Part shown: one piece after another, positions 44,724 through 54,588 of the stretch
Layout of the letters: every line of letters starts with the position of its first letter
How positions within the stretch are numbered: the stretch's first letter is position 1
Virus record (IMG/VR): IMGVR_UViG_3300034072_002231
Coordinates: 1-54,588 of that record
DNA from: a virus
Taxonomy: Duplodnaviria; Caudoviricetes
Strand: one strand, 5' to 3'
DNA: 54,588 bases
Program-made: the position numbers and the translations under genes
Notes under the pieces: generated by a model
What the model was told of the DNA's origin: nothing
Database searches by the model: none
Seen by the model: the letters and a program-made list of their open reading frames with translations, nothing else

Positions 44724-47700
44724 ATGGCAAAAAAGCGAATTTCAGATGAGGAGATAAAACTATCCATCGTCATTAATGGTAATGAGGCACAGAAAGAGCT
44801 TTACGAACTTGAGAAAAATACACGTGAAGTAACTGCTGCCAATAAAGAACTGCTTGCAGAAAAGAAAAAGCTGGAGCGGCAGGGCAAGCAGGAAACTGCG
44901 GAGTATAAAAAACTTACTGCCGAGATTAAAGCTAACAATGCTGTACTCAGGCAAAACAAGTCCCGTATGGGCGAGCTTCAGAATGAAATCGGGCTAACAG
45001 GCTTAACACTTGCCCAGCTCCGTACAAAAGCCAATCAATTAAAACTTACCCTTAGAAATTTAATTCCCGGTTCTGCCGACTATAACAGGTATCAGGCAGA
45101 GCTGAAGCAGGTTTCTGCAAGGCTCGACGAACTGAATGGCAAAGCAAAAACCGCAGCCTGGAGCGTGGGCAATATTGCAGACCGGTTTAACCGTTTTGCT
45201 GCCTTGGGTGCAACTGTAATTGCTGCGGGTACCGGGGTGGTGCTTACCCTGCAAAAAATGATAGACTATAACGGCAAGCTTGCAGATGCGCAAAGCAACG
45301 TTATGAAAACAACCGGCCTTACCCGCAAAGAGGTTGACGAGCTTACAAAGTCTTTCAGCCAGCTCAGGACAAGGACATCGCGCATAGAGCTGCTTGGCAT
45401 TGCCGAAGTAGGTGGCCGCCTGGGTATAGCCAAAGAAGAGATAGCCAACTTTGTTAAGGTAATGGATAAAAGCGCCGTTGCCCTTGGCGATAGCTTTGAG
45501 GGCGGGCCCGAAGTGGTTGCCGAAAAACTTGGGCGTATAAAAGGGTTGTATGATGAGCTTAAAAACAGCAACGTTGAAAGCGCATTTGAAAGCGTTGGCT
45601 CTGCCATGAACGATTTGGGCGCGGCAGGAACTGCAAGCGAACAAAATGTTGCGGAATTTACTACACGCGTGGGTGCACTGCCGGCAGTTTTAAAGCCTAC
45701 TATTCAGGAAGCGCTTGGGCTTGGCGCCGCTTTCGAGGAAAGCGGGCTAAAGGCAGAAATTGCCGGTACCAACTATGGCAAGGTAATATCTATTGCAGCG
45801 CGGGATATTGGCAATTTTGCCACTGTTATGCGCAGGCCCAGGAAAGAACTTGAAGATCTTATCAATAATGACCCTACAGAATTTTTCCTTCAGTTTGCTT
45901 CATCATTAAAAGGGCTTGATGCCACAGAGCTTGCACAGGTGCTGGACTATCTGAAGCTGAATGATAATGAGGTTAAGATGGTGTTGGGTGCAGCTTCTCA
46001 GAACGTGGATATGTTCCGGGAGAAGATTGACCTTGCTTCAGAGAGCATGGCAGAGGCTACTTCACTGACTGACGAGTATAACATCAAAAACAACAACCTT
46101 GCTGCCACGCTGGAGCGGATCCAGAAAAAAGTATTCGGCTGGTTCAGTTCCGAAACGGTTGTGCAGTGGCTTGAGGATTTTGTAAATGGCTTTGCCAAGC
46201 TTATAGGCGCAGTAGAGGACAGCGAGGGCACTATGAATACTTTAAGGAATACACTTGTGTTTACAGCTAAAATCCTCGCTATTGTTGCCGCATCATTTAT
46301 TAGCTATGCCGCCGGTGCTAAACTGTCCACTATATGGAGCAACACACTCGGCAAGGCAACTGCATTCTCTAACTTAGTTTTTAAAATACAGTACGCCTTG
46401 CTCATAGCCAATGAGATAAAAACAAAGGCGCTTGCCCTGGCTAAAGCATTGCTTACAGGAAATATTACCAGAGCAAGGGCGGCATACCAGGCGCTTGCCG
46501 TAACTATGGGCCTTAACCCATTCGGGGTGCTGCTTGGTATCATCGGGGCTGTTATAGCAGCTTTTGCCCTCTTCAGGAAAGAGGTAGATGAAACCTCTAA
46601 AATACTACAGCAGCAGGCTGAAATACAAAAGCAGGTTCAGGAGCAGACCGGGCGCACAAAAAACAGGGTTGCTGACCTTGTGGCAACCCTTAAAGATGAA
46701 AACGCCACCTACGACCAAAAACAGCGGGCACTTGAACAGCTTCAGAAATTAGGCAGGGGGTATCTCGATACACTTACACTGGAGAATGCTCTTACAGCAG
46801 AAGGCGACAGGCTTGTAAAAGAGTATATAAAATCTATTGATAAGCTGGCTGAAGCTAAGGCAATGGTTGATGTACGCAGCAAGCTGATGGCACAGAAAAC
46901 AGAATCTGAAAATAAAATTTTAGCGCTCAGGAATGAAAAGGGAGCTACAGCTAATGAAGGTTTAAGCGATTTCTTTGGCGGCAGCGATGGCAAATTATTT
47001 GGCATAGGCTCGCGTAACCAAAAAGAGATACAGTCAGAAATTGATGAGGAAAACGAAAGGAAGCGGCTTATTGAATTGCAGCTTAATACAATTAATAAAA
47101 ATAGGACAGAGGAGCTTGAAAAATTATCATTAAGAATCAAATCAGGAAGACAACAGCTTGAAAAACTAAAGAAAAATTCCGATGAATATAAAAAGCTGCT
47201 GCGGGATATACTGAATGATGAAGAAACCTTTAATATCCTCTCCGGTATTACTGATGCTGCCGATAGTGCCCTGAGCGTTACCGGTGGCGATTTGTTCATA
47301 CCTGATCCGGATGCTGCTCAAAAGGTAAAACAAGCTGCTGAACTGCACAAAAAAAGAATGGAAGATATAAAGAAGCAGCTTGAGGATATTAAGGGTCTTT
47401 CCCGGAAAGCCATTGATGAGCGCCTGGAACTGATGGAAGAAGGGCTGGATAAAGAAGAAGCGCTTGAAGCCGAAAACCATAAGCGCAGGATAGAAGATTT
47501 AAAAGCACAGCTTACCAGTGAAGCTGATATTCAAGCAGCCGAAAAGAAAATGCTTAACCAAAAGTTAAGTGTACAGGAAAGGGATTACTGGAGCCGACAG
47601 GTGCAGGTATGGGTAAGCAAAAATGTGCATTTAAACGGACTGCTCCAGCTTGAGCAAGCAAGGCATCAGTATAAACTGGCAACTATAAGAACGAAAGGCG

Positions 47701-49067
47701 AGCAGGACAAACTGGAGAAGCTGCAACAGGCTTATGAGGATGAAACAAAGCTAAGGCAGACCAAACATAACTACGAGCTTGCCGCACTTGGTGATAATGA
47801 AGCCAAAAAAGCAAAGCTTCAGCAGCAGTTTGACAAGTCGGAACTGGAAAGACAACAAAAGCACCTCGAAAAGTTATTACAGGCACAATTAGATGTACTT
47901 GCAGATAAGAATAAAAAAATTGACCTTACCCTTCTTGATAAAGAACAAAGGCAGAAAATAGAACAGGATATAGCCGACCTGAAGCTGAAGATATCGGAAA
48001 TCGTAAAAGCAAAGGCAGAACTCTCCGGCAAGGGCGGTACCGATGATATGGCCAATGCATTTGCCAAAGCCTTTGGCGATGCGGATGTACTTGGCTTTAC
48101 AGCCCAGCAGTGGGGGCAAACCTTTAGTAGCCTTGATACGTTGTCGGAAAAGCTGGAGGCAACAAAGTTGGTAATCGGTGCCATGCAAAATGTGTGGGGT
48201 ACATTCAACGACTTTGTAGCTGTAAATGAAAATGCCCGTCTTTCGAGTTTTGAGCGAAATGCAGAACGCAAGAAGCGTAAACTGAAATGGCAGCTTGACA
48301 ATGGCTATTTAGACCAGGTACAGTATAACCGTGAGGTAGAGCGGATGGATGCTGAGCTTGATGTTAAGCGATCTGAAATTGAGTACAGGCAGGCCAAGCG
48401 GCAAAAGCAGATTTCAGCCATGAATATTATATGGAACACTGCCCAGGCCATTATGGGTATCTGGGCACAATTCCCAAAAGCTGACTTTGGTGCTACAGCA
48501 GCAATTATGGCAGGGGTTGTGGGTGCCCTGGGTGCAGTGCAGCTCGCCACTGTACTTAAAACCCCGCTGCCGGCAAAAGGATATGAACAAGGCCTTTACC
48601 CTGATTATGTAAAGCGTGAGCAGGATGGTAAATTATTCCGTGCCGGTTATGGCGGCAAAACACGCTCAGGCATGGTGAACAAGCCTACCTATTTCCTTAC
48701 GGGCGAGAATGGCCCTGAGATGGTAATTGACAACAGGGCATACCGTTCCCTCTCAGCCGAAACCCGTAATGCATTGCTCAGGGAGCTGAGGGGCATCAAA
48801 GGATGGGAGAATGGCTATTACTCTGACCAGGTTAAAGGGCAGCGCTTTGAAGTGCCTGCCTCTTTCACCAATACTGCCCCAATAAGTAATAATCAGGATG
48901 CGGACAGAGCATTGCTTATTGAAGTGGTGCGGCGCAACACAGAAGTAATGGAGAAGATCTACACAGACGGAATCATAAGCTATTTTTCCCGTGATCCGCG
49001 CGACCTTAAAAAGCTAATGGAAGATATGGAAAGGATTACCCGCAGTAAAGAAAAAGCCAAATACTGA
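44724..49067 (+). CDS. Tail tape measure protein
   Basis: 1447 aa, coiled coil, TP901-like core (VMKTTGL...GGRLGI), LNPFG, GENGPEMV. Confidence 0.92.
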   Translation: MAKKRISDEEIKLSIVINGNEAQKELYELEKNTREVTAANKELLAEKKKLERQGKQETAEYKKLTAEIKANNAVLRQNKSRMGELQNEIGLTGLTLAQLRTKANQLKLTLRNLIPGSADYNRYQAELKQVSARLDELNGKAKTAAWSVGNIADRFNRFAALGATVIAAGTGVVLTLQKMIDYNGKLADAQSNVMKTTGLTRKEVDELTKSFSQLRTRTSRIELLGIAEVGGRLGIAKEEIANFVKVMDKSAVALGDSFEGGPEVVAEKLGRIKGLYDELKNSNVESAFESVGSAMNDLGAAGTASEQNVAEFTTRVGALPAVLKPTIQEALGLGAAFEESGLKAEIAGTNYGKVISIAARDIGNFATVMRRPRKELEDLINNDPTEFFLQFASSLKGLDATELAQVLDYLKLNDNEVKMVLGAASQNVDMFREKIDLASESMAEATSLTDEYNIKNNNLAATLERIQKKVFGWFSSETVVQWLEDFVNGFAKLIGAVEDSEGTMNTLRNTLVFTAKILAIVAASFISYAAGAKLSTIWSNTLGKATAFSNLVFKIQYALLIANEIKTKALALAKALLTGNITRARAAYQALAVTMGLNPFGVLLGIIGAVIAAFALFRKEVDETSKILQQQAEIQKQVQEQTGRTKNRVADLVATLKDENATYDQKQRALEQLQKLGRGYLDTLTLENALTAEGDRLVKEYIKSIDKLAEAKAMVDVRSKLMAQKTESENKILALRNEKGATANEGLSDFFGGSDGKLFGIGSRNQKEIQSEIDEENERKRLIELQLNTINKNRTEELEKLSLRIKSGRQQLEKLKKNSDEYKKLLRDILNDEETFNILSGITDAADSALSVTGGDLFIPDPDAAQKVKQAAELHKKRMEDIKKQLEDIKGLSRKAIDERLELMEEGLDKEEALEAENHKRRIEDLKAQLTSEADIQAAEKKMLNQKLSVQERDYWSRQVQVWVSKNVHLNGLLQLEQARHQYKLATIRTKGEQDKLEKLQQAYEDETKLRQTKHNYELAALGDNEAKKAKLQQQFDKSELERQQKHLEKLLQAQLDVLADKNKKIDLTLLDKEQRQKIEQDIADLKLKISEIVKAKAELSGKGGTDDMANAFAKAFGDADVLGFTAQQWGQTFSSLDTLSEKLEATKLVIGAMQNVWGTFNDFVAVNENARLSSFERNAERKKRKLKWQLDNGYLDQVQYNREVERMDAELDVKRSEIEYRQAKRQKQISAMNIIWNTAQAIMGIWAQFPKADFGATAAIMAGVVGALGAVQLATVLKTPLPAKGYEQGLYPDYVKREQDGKLFRAGYGGKTRSGMVNKPTYFLTGENGPEMVIDNRAYRSLSAETRNALLRELRGIKGWENGYYSDQVKGQRFEVPASFTNTAPISNNQDADRALLIEVVRRNTEVMEKIYTDGIISYFSRDPRDLKKLMEDMERITRSKEKAKY

Positions 49068-49068
49068 T

Positions 49069-49464
49069 ATGAAATATTCTGAAAATAAAATATTCGACGA
49101 CAGCAATGTCAATGCAATACTGGACAGGCTTTACTATCATGTTAATGCAAATTGCCCCGGTATAAATGTAATGGAATCCCTTGTCCTTAGCGGTGCGGGT
49201 GCAGCCATCATTCAGGGAGCAGCCGAAAAGCCTTTGCAAAATGTAATACTGGTAACCGATAACATGGAGGTGTTTGATTATGTGAGGAATGGGCTGTCAA
49301 AAGCATTGGCCGCTAAAGGGGCAATGTACTTCCAGGAAAGGGCGCTATTGTACTTTCAGGGGCTTTACCTTGAGGTGTGGCTTTCCCTCCAGCCCCTTAC
49401 AGTGGTTTACAGCAATAGCATTTCCCTTCAGCATATTAATGAGATAGATCCTGATTTATTATGA
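49069..49464 (+). CDS. Hypothetical protein in tail module
   Basis: 131-aa ORF translationally coupled on both sides. Confidence 0.7.
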   Translation: MKYSENKIFDDSNVNAILDRLYYHVNANCPGINVMESLVLSGAGAAIIQGAAEKPLQNVILVTDNMEVFDYVRNGLSKALAAKGAMYFQERALLYFQGLYLEVWLSLQPLTVVYSNSISLQHINEIDPDLL

Positions 49465-51578
49465 GTTTAGTTTTAAGTAACAATCAGCAGAACATTGTGG
49501 CCAGCAGTACCCCTGTACTGCAGGACTGGGGATTTACCCCCGGCAGTATCAATATAGACTATTACCAGGGTGCGCCTGCACCTGCACCGGTTGTAGTGGC
49601 CACAAAGATAAAAGATGTGCTGGGCACAAGCATTGTTAACGGCTATACCGATATCCGCTACAATATTTTACTGTCGTTTGGCAATACCAACAACATCGCT
49701 ATTGCCACCCTCTCCGGAGAAGTTGCCCCTGCGCCTAATACTACATTGCCAATAAATCAAAACGGAATACAAGGTAACAATACCTATACCTTCCAGAATC
49801 TTAACCTCCTTGCGCCCGGTGTTTATACCATTGATGCCTGGCACCGCATTTTGGGTACCAACAGTTCCGGGAGCAGTTCCATACTTTCCAATAAGATATT
49901 TAAGATTAAAGTAACTGTATTTCCTGCAACTGCCCCGGTTGTGAATCCGGCATCATTGAGCTATGTATGGCAGATTGGCCAGCAGGAACTCATGGTGCAG
50001 CCGCTAACGATAAATGCGCCCAATTGGAGTATGCGCGTACCTGCAAACTTTTTCCCCAGTGGTAACGGATTTACCATTGCAGCAATACCTGAAGGCAATC
50101 TTATAACCGGCAGTGGCGAAACTACCATTAACTTCCTGCTTTTTGATACCATAGAAACGTTCGACCTGCCAACAAATCCTTACACTTTCCAGATAGTGGT
50201 AAATGGCGGCATTATAAACATACCGGTACAGGTTACATTGGTGCAGAGCTCGGGGCTGTTTATTGCCAAAGACGAGCTTTATTTTGAAGCGTATAAGGGC
50301 ATAAGCAATGCCCCTCCCCAATACTTCAGCGCCTACTTTCCCGGGCAGTACGATTTCATTTGCCCTCCCTGGTTAACGGTTTTGCCGCACCCTGCCAGTT
50401 ACAGCAATAACTTAGGCTGGTGGGTTCTTGGCGCCGACAACATGGAGCCGGGGCTGTATGAAGCGGATGTAATCATCTTCAATACGGCCACCAACGAGCA
50501 GCTTGGCATTGTACGGGTGGTGTACAATGTTATTGGCAATATCAGCCTGCCGTATGGCGCGGGTGAGTTTGCCTACACGCTCGACAATAATTACATTACC
50601 TTCAGCTCGCTGCTTGATGATGCCTATTTTGAAGTGGCCATGAATGTAAGGGTGTACGAATTTTATACGAATGCATTTAAAGATTATGAAACCATAAACT
50701 TTAAAGTACCGCTGTACAACAAAAGCCAGAAGTTTAATATAGGGCAGACCATTGACAGGCTCATGCTCCGGATGGGCGACCTGTCCTATCATAATCAGTT
50801 CCCTTATCTTCCGGCAGAGGTTAGCCTTTCTGCCATAGAAAAAAGGTTTTCGGATCCGGAATATTCGCAGCAATACGCATTGCAGCCCATACAGTTTATT
50901 GCAGGCCTGCAACCGCAACTTTTTGCCGGCAGCGGTTTGCTGGATATATGCCCTTACCCATCAAGGCAAACGCCTGAGAGTTATGCTTACCTAAACCTTA
51001 TCATATCCAACTTCCCAAGTATACGGGTGCTTAAAAATGGCGGGGAGATAAATAATTTTGGCCTTTCAGCAGGAGTAAACTCACTTAAGATAGACTTTGC
51101 CAACCTTGGCGCAGCACAGGGCGACATCTTTGAATACAGGATAGAAACTGGCGCAGGTAACTTCTCAAAACTTTACAAAATTATCCCTCCCGGAAAGTTC
51201 TCCAACTACATAGTTTGGGAAAATGAATACAAGCTGCAATCGGTACTCGAGTTTACCGGAGAGTACGACCTGAAGTCGGAATTTGAGAACCGCAGCCAAA
51301 GCCTTATGGAAAACCTTGTGCAGGCGCTTACTAAACTGGAGAGCAGTAAAACCTGTAAGCTGACAATCAATACCGGTTACATCCTGAAGAGCGAAATACC
51401 GGCAGTAGAAAGCCTGTGCAGGGCAAAGCGGGCAGCGCTTATACTGGATGGCAAGGTAATCAACCTTGTACCGGTACAAAAGAACATGACCGGCATTGAC
51501 AGCCAGGCAGCGCTTATTGCCTATGATGTAGAATTTGAAATTAACCGCAAGTACAATGAGGAAGTTTATCTGTTCTGA
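49461..51578 (+). CDS. Putative tail protein with Ig/BACON-like domains
   Basis: Beta-rich, VNPASLSY and PPWLTV patterns; C-terminal WENEYK...FTG...INTGY. Confidence 0.6.
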   Translation: MSLVLSNNQQNIVASSTPVLQDWGFTPGSINIDYYQGAPAPAPVVVATKIKDVLGTSIVNGYTDIRYNILLSFGNTNNIAIATLSGEVAPAPNTTLPINQNGIQGNNTYTFQNLNLLAPGVYTIDAWHRILGTNSSGSSSILSNKIFKIKVTVFPATAPVVNPASLSYVWQIGQQELMVQPLTINAPNWSMRVPANFFPSGNGFTIAAIPEGNLITGSGETTINFLLFDTIETFDLPTNPYTFQIVVNGGIINIPVQVTLVQSSGLFIAKDELYFEAYKGISNAPPQYFSAYFPGQYDFICPPWLTVLPHPASYSNNLGWWVLGADNMEPGLYEADVIIFNTATNEQLGIVRVVYNVIGNISLPYGAGEFAYTLDNNYITFSSLLDDAYFEVAMNVRVYEFYTNAFKDYETINFKVPLYNKSQKFNIGQTIDRLMLRMGDLSYHNQFPYLPAEVSLSAIEKRFSDPEYSQQYALQPIQFIAGLQPQLFAGSGLLDICPYPSRQTPESYAYLNLIISNFPSIRVLKNGGEINNFGLSAGVNSLKIDFANLGAAQGDIFEYRIETGAGNFSKLYKIIPPGKFSNYIVWENEYKLQSVLEFTGEYDLKSEFENRSQSLMENLVQALTKLESSKTCKLTINTGYILKSEIPAVESLCRAKRAALILDGKVINLVPVQKNMTGIDSQAALIAYDVEFEINRKYNEEVYLF

Positions 51579-53406
51579 TTTTGAAATTGACCTGTCTGTT
51601 TTGCAAATTACAGATACAGCCGAAAACCCTTGGTTTAATGGTAACTACTTTTCAAAGTACAGTTATCCCTTTAACCTTCCCCTAACCGACGAGCTGGATA
51701 TAGCGCTTGGCCATCTGAGCAATTTTAATTCAGCAGACAGTAAAACATTGTTTGAAGGCCTCTACGTGCATGGGGAAGTAATGGAGAAAGCGATACTGGG
51801 GATAGAGGAATGCGAGCAGGAACTCTCTGCTACCATACGTTACGGCCTGGATGATTTCCCCAACTTTAAAAAGAAGCTGGCAGAGCTTCAGCTTATACGC
51901 ATTGATGTGCCGGACATTTATGCCCATGCTGCCGGGGTAATTGCCCAGGCATGGCCTGCGGTTAATTACAATTTCCCCCAGGTGCATACCGACAAGATAG
52001 AACCGGAAGATAATGAAGTGTGGTTTGCCTTTGAGAAGATCATTAATAACTATAAGAACGGTGCTTTCCTGGTTAATGATGTTGAAACTGAAACAGGCAC
52101 TACCTATAACCGGAACATCATGCAGCCGCTGCCGTACCTGCTCTACCTGCTTAAAGCCGGTGTAGAGGATGCCGGTTATACCCTGCATGGCGACCTGCTG
52201 GAGCATCCAACGCTCAAAAAAGTGCTTTTATTTGCTGATGTGGATTATTTCCAAAACATCTCACAGGAGAGCCTTACTTTTCTTTTACTTGCCGATGATT
52301 ATGATCCTGCTACAGATGAGAAAACCCATGTTGATGGGCAGCAGTACAGGCTAAGGATGTCACGCGAGCTCGCAATTGTACAGCCCGGCAAATACAGGGT
52401 GCAGGGCAGTTTCAGGTTACGGCGTATAATTATCGGATTGCCTACGCGCTTCAGGATCTATTACAGGAACACGATAATTTATGAAGCCAGCTACAGTTTT
52501 ATTTATGATGCTGTGTCTTTCTTTGATTATGATTTTGATTTCGAGTTTGAAACTATTGCAGATGGTAACCCAGACTTTCTGCTTTTTTCAATAACTACAG
52601 GATATAATGAGGCCAATGCAGATGATATACTTGTGAATGCGGATATTAACCCGGTCTATCTCTTTAATGGGAATGGCCAGGTTATACCATCCATACTCAA
52701 CCCTAACAAGATTGAACTTAACAGGGCAGTGCCCGATATTGAGTTTGGCAGCCTGTTTAAGTTTGTTCTTGACCTTTTCAAATTTAACCTTGAAATAAAA
52801 GACAGGCAGGTATGGGTAAATTCAGTGGCAAGTGAGATGGCTTCCCGCTCGGTAATAGACCTGTCCGGGTTTGAAGTTAAATTTCCGAAGCGCACCTTCA
52901 GCAGGGGGAACTCGTTCCTGTTACGCTATCAGGATCCGGGAACTGAAGATTATACTTTTGCGGAAGTGTTCCAGGATGCTTCCGGAACCGCGACCACCGG
53001 CTTTATTAAAGATGATGAAAAGACAACTGAAACAGAAATTAATGCATTGCCGCTGCCGTTGCTCTTCAGGAATAATGTACAGACTGTACACGCCTTTTCT
53101 GCTGATGCCGGCAAGCCTTATTTGGTGTTGTATGATGGCCTGAGCAATAACCTTAACCTTGCTAAAGATCCTGCCGAGCTGCAAATACCTTATATCCATG
53201 AGAGGCACCATTACGACTGGAATTTAGCCAGGATTAATGGCACCTCTGTTACATGGAATTTCTTAGCTTATGAAGAACAGATAAGGGGGCTTAACCATAA
53301 AAGCCGCGTCCATGCCTACAGGCGCATACACCAGGTTAAATCACTTCAAAAAACTCAGGTAAGCCCAGGGCTTTATGAAGTGGAAATACAGACGGAAATT
53401 ATATAG
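51556..53406 (+). CDS. Putative tail tip/baseplate hub protein
   Basis: ATG at 51556; ENPWF...YSYPFNLP N-terminal pattern; last tail gene. Confidence 0.6.
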   Translation: MRKFICSDFEIDLSVLQITDTAENPWFNGNYFSKYSYPFNLPLTDELDIALGHLSNFNSADSKTLFEGLYVHGEVMEKAILGIEECEQELSATIRYGLDDFPNFKKKLAELQLIRIDVPDIYAHAAGVIAQAWPAVNYNFPQVHTDKIEPEDNEVWFAFEKIINNYKNGAFLVNDVETETGTTYNRNIMQPLPYLLYLLKAGVEDAGYTLHGDLLEHPTLKKVLLFADVDYFQNISQESLTFLLLADDYDPATDEKTHVDGQQYRLRMSRELAIVQPGKYRVQGSFRLRRIIIGLPTRFRIYYRNTIIYEASYSFIYDAVSFFDYDFDFEFETIADGNPDFLLFSITTGYNEANADDILVNADINPVYLFNGNGQVIPSILNPNKIELNRAVPDIEFGSLFKFVLDLFKFNLEIKDRQVWVNSVASEMASRSVIDLSGFEVKFPKRTFSRGNSFLLRYQDPGTEDYTFAEVFQDASGTATTGFIKDDEKTTETEINALPLPLLFRNNVQTVHAFSADAGKPYLVLYDGLSNNLNLAKDPAELQIPYIHERHHYDWNLARINGTSVTWNFLAYEEQIRGLNHKSRVHAYRRIHQVKSLQKTQVSPGLYEVEIQTEII

Positions 53407-54588
53407 CTAAAAGGTGTTGCTGTTCCTGAAAATTTCTTCATCCCTATCATAATGCTTGTTTGAAATATATTTTTCGGTTTGACGCAACTCGCTATGTCTT
53501 GCTTGCTTTTGAACTTTATAGCTTGGATGACCCTTATCTAATAATTCCGTAATTCCAGTATCTTTTAGTGAGTAAAATTGAAAATTGGGAGGCAATTTTA
53601 ACTTATTTCGTATTTTATCCCATTCATCAGTAATTTTTTTTGGCTGAAGTTGGTCATAACCTGGCTGATAATTATTTGCTGAAAACAAATACATATCCTG
53701 CGATGCATTCTTTACATGATTTACCAGCAAATATATCAAAGCAATAGGTATAGTTACTGTTGCTTCTTTTTTACTTTTTTTTGCAGTACTTGTTTTTACT
53801 ACTATCAGAGATTTAGCTAAACGTAGGTCAGATACTTTTAATTTCGTCAATTCAGTTCTTCTGATAAAGCAATAGAAAGTCGTCATGCACAAGCATAAGT
53901 AAGAGGGATTATATTCTTCCAAATGTTTTTTTATAAGATCTCTGTAGGCAACAGGTATAATAACTCTTATTTTCTCATTCTCTTCAATCCTTCTTATGCC
54001 TAGCGCAGGGTTTGCAGGTATATAGTCTCTATCCAAAAAGTAATTTCCAATGTTTATTAGAAATTGCAGATAATTATTATGAGTGGCAGGAGAGTTATCT
54101 CTTTCATAATATATATAATCTAAAAAATCTGTTGTAAACCTTCTGTTATAGTCAATTATGAACATTTTGAGTTTACCTTCATGAGCAAGATATTTTTTTA
54201 TGTTATTTACATAAGAAGTATAAGCTCTTTTTGTATCGGCCCTAATGGCATTATCAAACTCTCTTTTATTAATCTTATATATAAATTCATCTAGACAATC
54301 TTTAAAAAGGCTATATGATTTTCTGCTACTATTAACTAAGTAAGGATTCCATCCTTCAGCTAATTTGCGGTTTAAGTTGATAATTATATCATTTGCAAAC
54401 TTTAGCCTAGCTTTTTTATTCGACATAGGTTTTACTCGTTTTCTAACCCTAACCAGTTTTTCAGATGATACATCTTTCACGTAAAAAACTATACGCCATT
54501 CATCCTGAGAGCCACGCTGTAGTTCTGCTGGTACATAATCAACACCATTTATATAAATTTTTGTACTTGATTTTTGAGTAGAGGACAT
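53407..54588 (-). CDS. Tyrosine recombinase (phage integrase)
   Basis: FIRRTEL, YSLKDTG, QARHS, TEKY catalytic motifs; at prophage end. Confidence 0.93.
   Translation of the reverse strand: MSSTQKSSTKIYINGVDYVPAELQRGSQDEWRIVFYVKDVSSEKLVRVRKRVKPMSNKKARLKFANDIIINLNRKLAEGWNPYLVNSSRKSYSLFKDCLDEFIYKINKREFDNAIRADTKRAYTSYVNNIKKYLAHEGKLKMFIIDYNRRFTTDFLDYIYYERDNSPATHNNYLQFLINIGNYFLDRDYIPANPALGIRRIEENEKIRVIIPVAYRDLIKKHLEEYNPSYLCLCMTTFYCFIRRTELTKLKVSDLRLAKSLIVVKTSTAKKSKKEATVTIPIALIYLLVNHVKNASQDMYLFSANNYQPGYDQLQPKKITDEWDKIRNKLKLPPNFQFYSLKDTGITELLDKGHPSYKVQKQARHSELRQTEKYISNKHYDRDEEIFRNSNTF

Larger units (their letters stand above)
1539..54588. mobile_element. Temperate siphovirus-type prophage (right end beyond window)
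   Basis: att core, repressor, primase-helicase, lysis, capsid, terminase, portal, 1447-aa tape measure, integrase; no sheath gene recognised. Confidence 0.93.

Noticed and set aside
44760-53211. Many antisense or alternate-frame ORFs within long structural genes
   Set aside because: Shadow ORFs wholly overlapping well-supported genes, no motifs
14442-53406. Diversity-generating retroelement, retron or invertase shufflon
   Set aside because: No reverse transcriptase or invertase ORF and no template/variable repeat pair seen by eye

Overview
The window is almost entirely one temperate siphovirus-type prophage of a Bacteroidota host (probably Flavobacterium-like, judged from TAnnTTTG promoters, T9SS cargo and a YSLKDTG-type integrase). 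It runs from a tRNA-3'-end att core at 1539-1556 to a tyrosine integrase at the right edge (53407-54588); the second att site should lie just outside the window. Core modules: repressor/cro switch, primase-helicase and GTTAC iteron origin, tail-fibre/LRR genes, holin-amidase-spanin, S49 protease-capsid-tail tube, terminase, portal/neck, tape measure and tail. AT-rich accessory islands carry candidate defence and conflict genes: MTase-ParB-nuclease, RipA-like membrane protein, HNH, HicAB-TIR, glycine-zipper lipoprotein plus small membrane peptide, and an ArdC/truncated-MTase operon. A 3973-bp IS1595 element with passenger genes has exact terminal inverted repeats and an 8-bp target duplication. 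The most striking unexplained structure is a duplicated module (10.8 kb and 42.8 kb): a structured leader RNA with an internal antisense segment complementary both to its own 5' end and to the start codon of a downstream pair of uncharacterised genes, conserved by compensatory changes (c4/CI-RNA-like logic). A five-copy putative late promoter (TCATRTTACA plus a -7 box at fixed spacing) is also visible. All calls come from motif reading by eye; no database searches were run.
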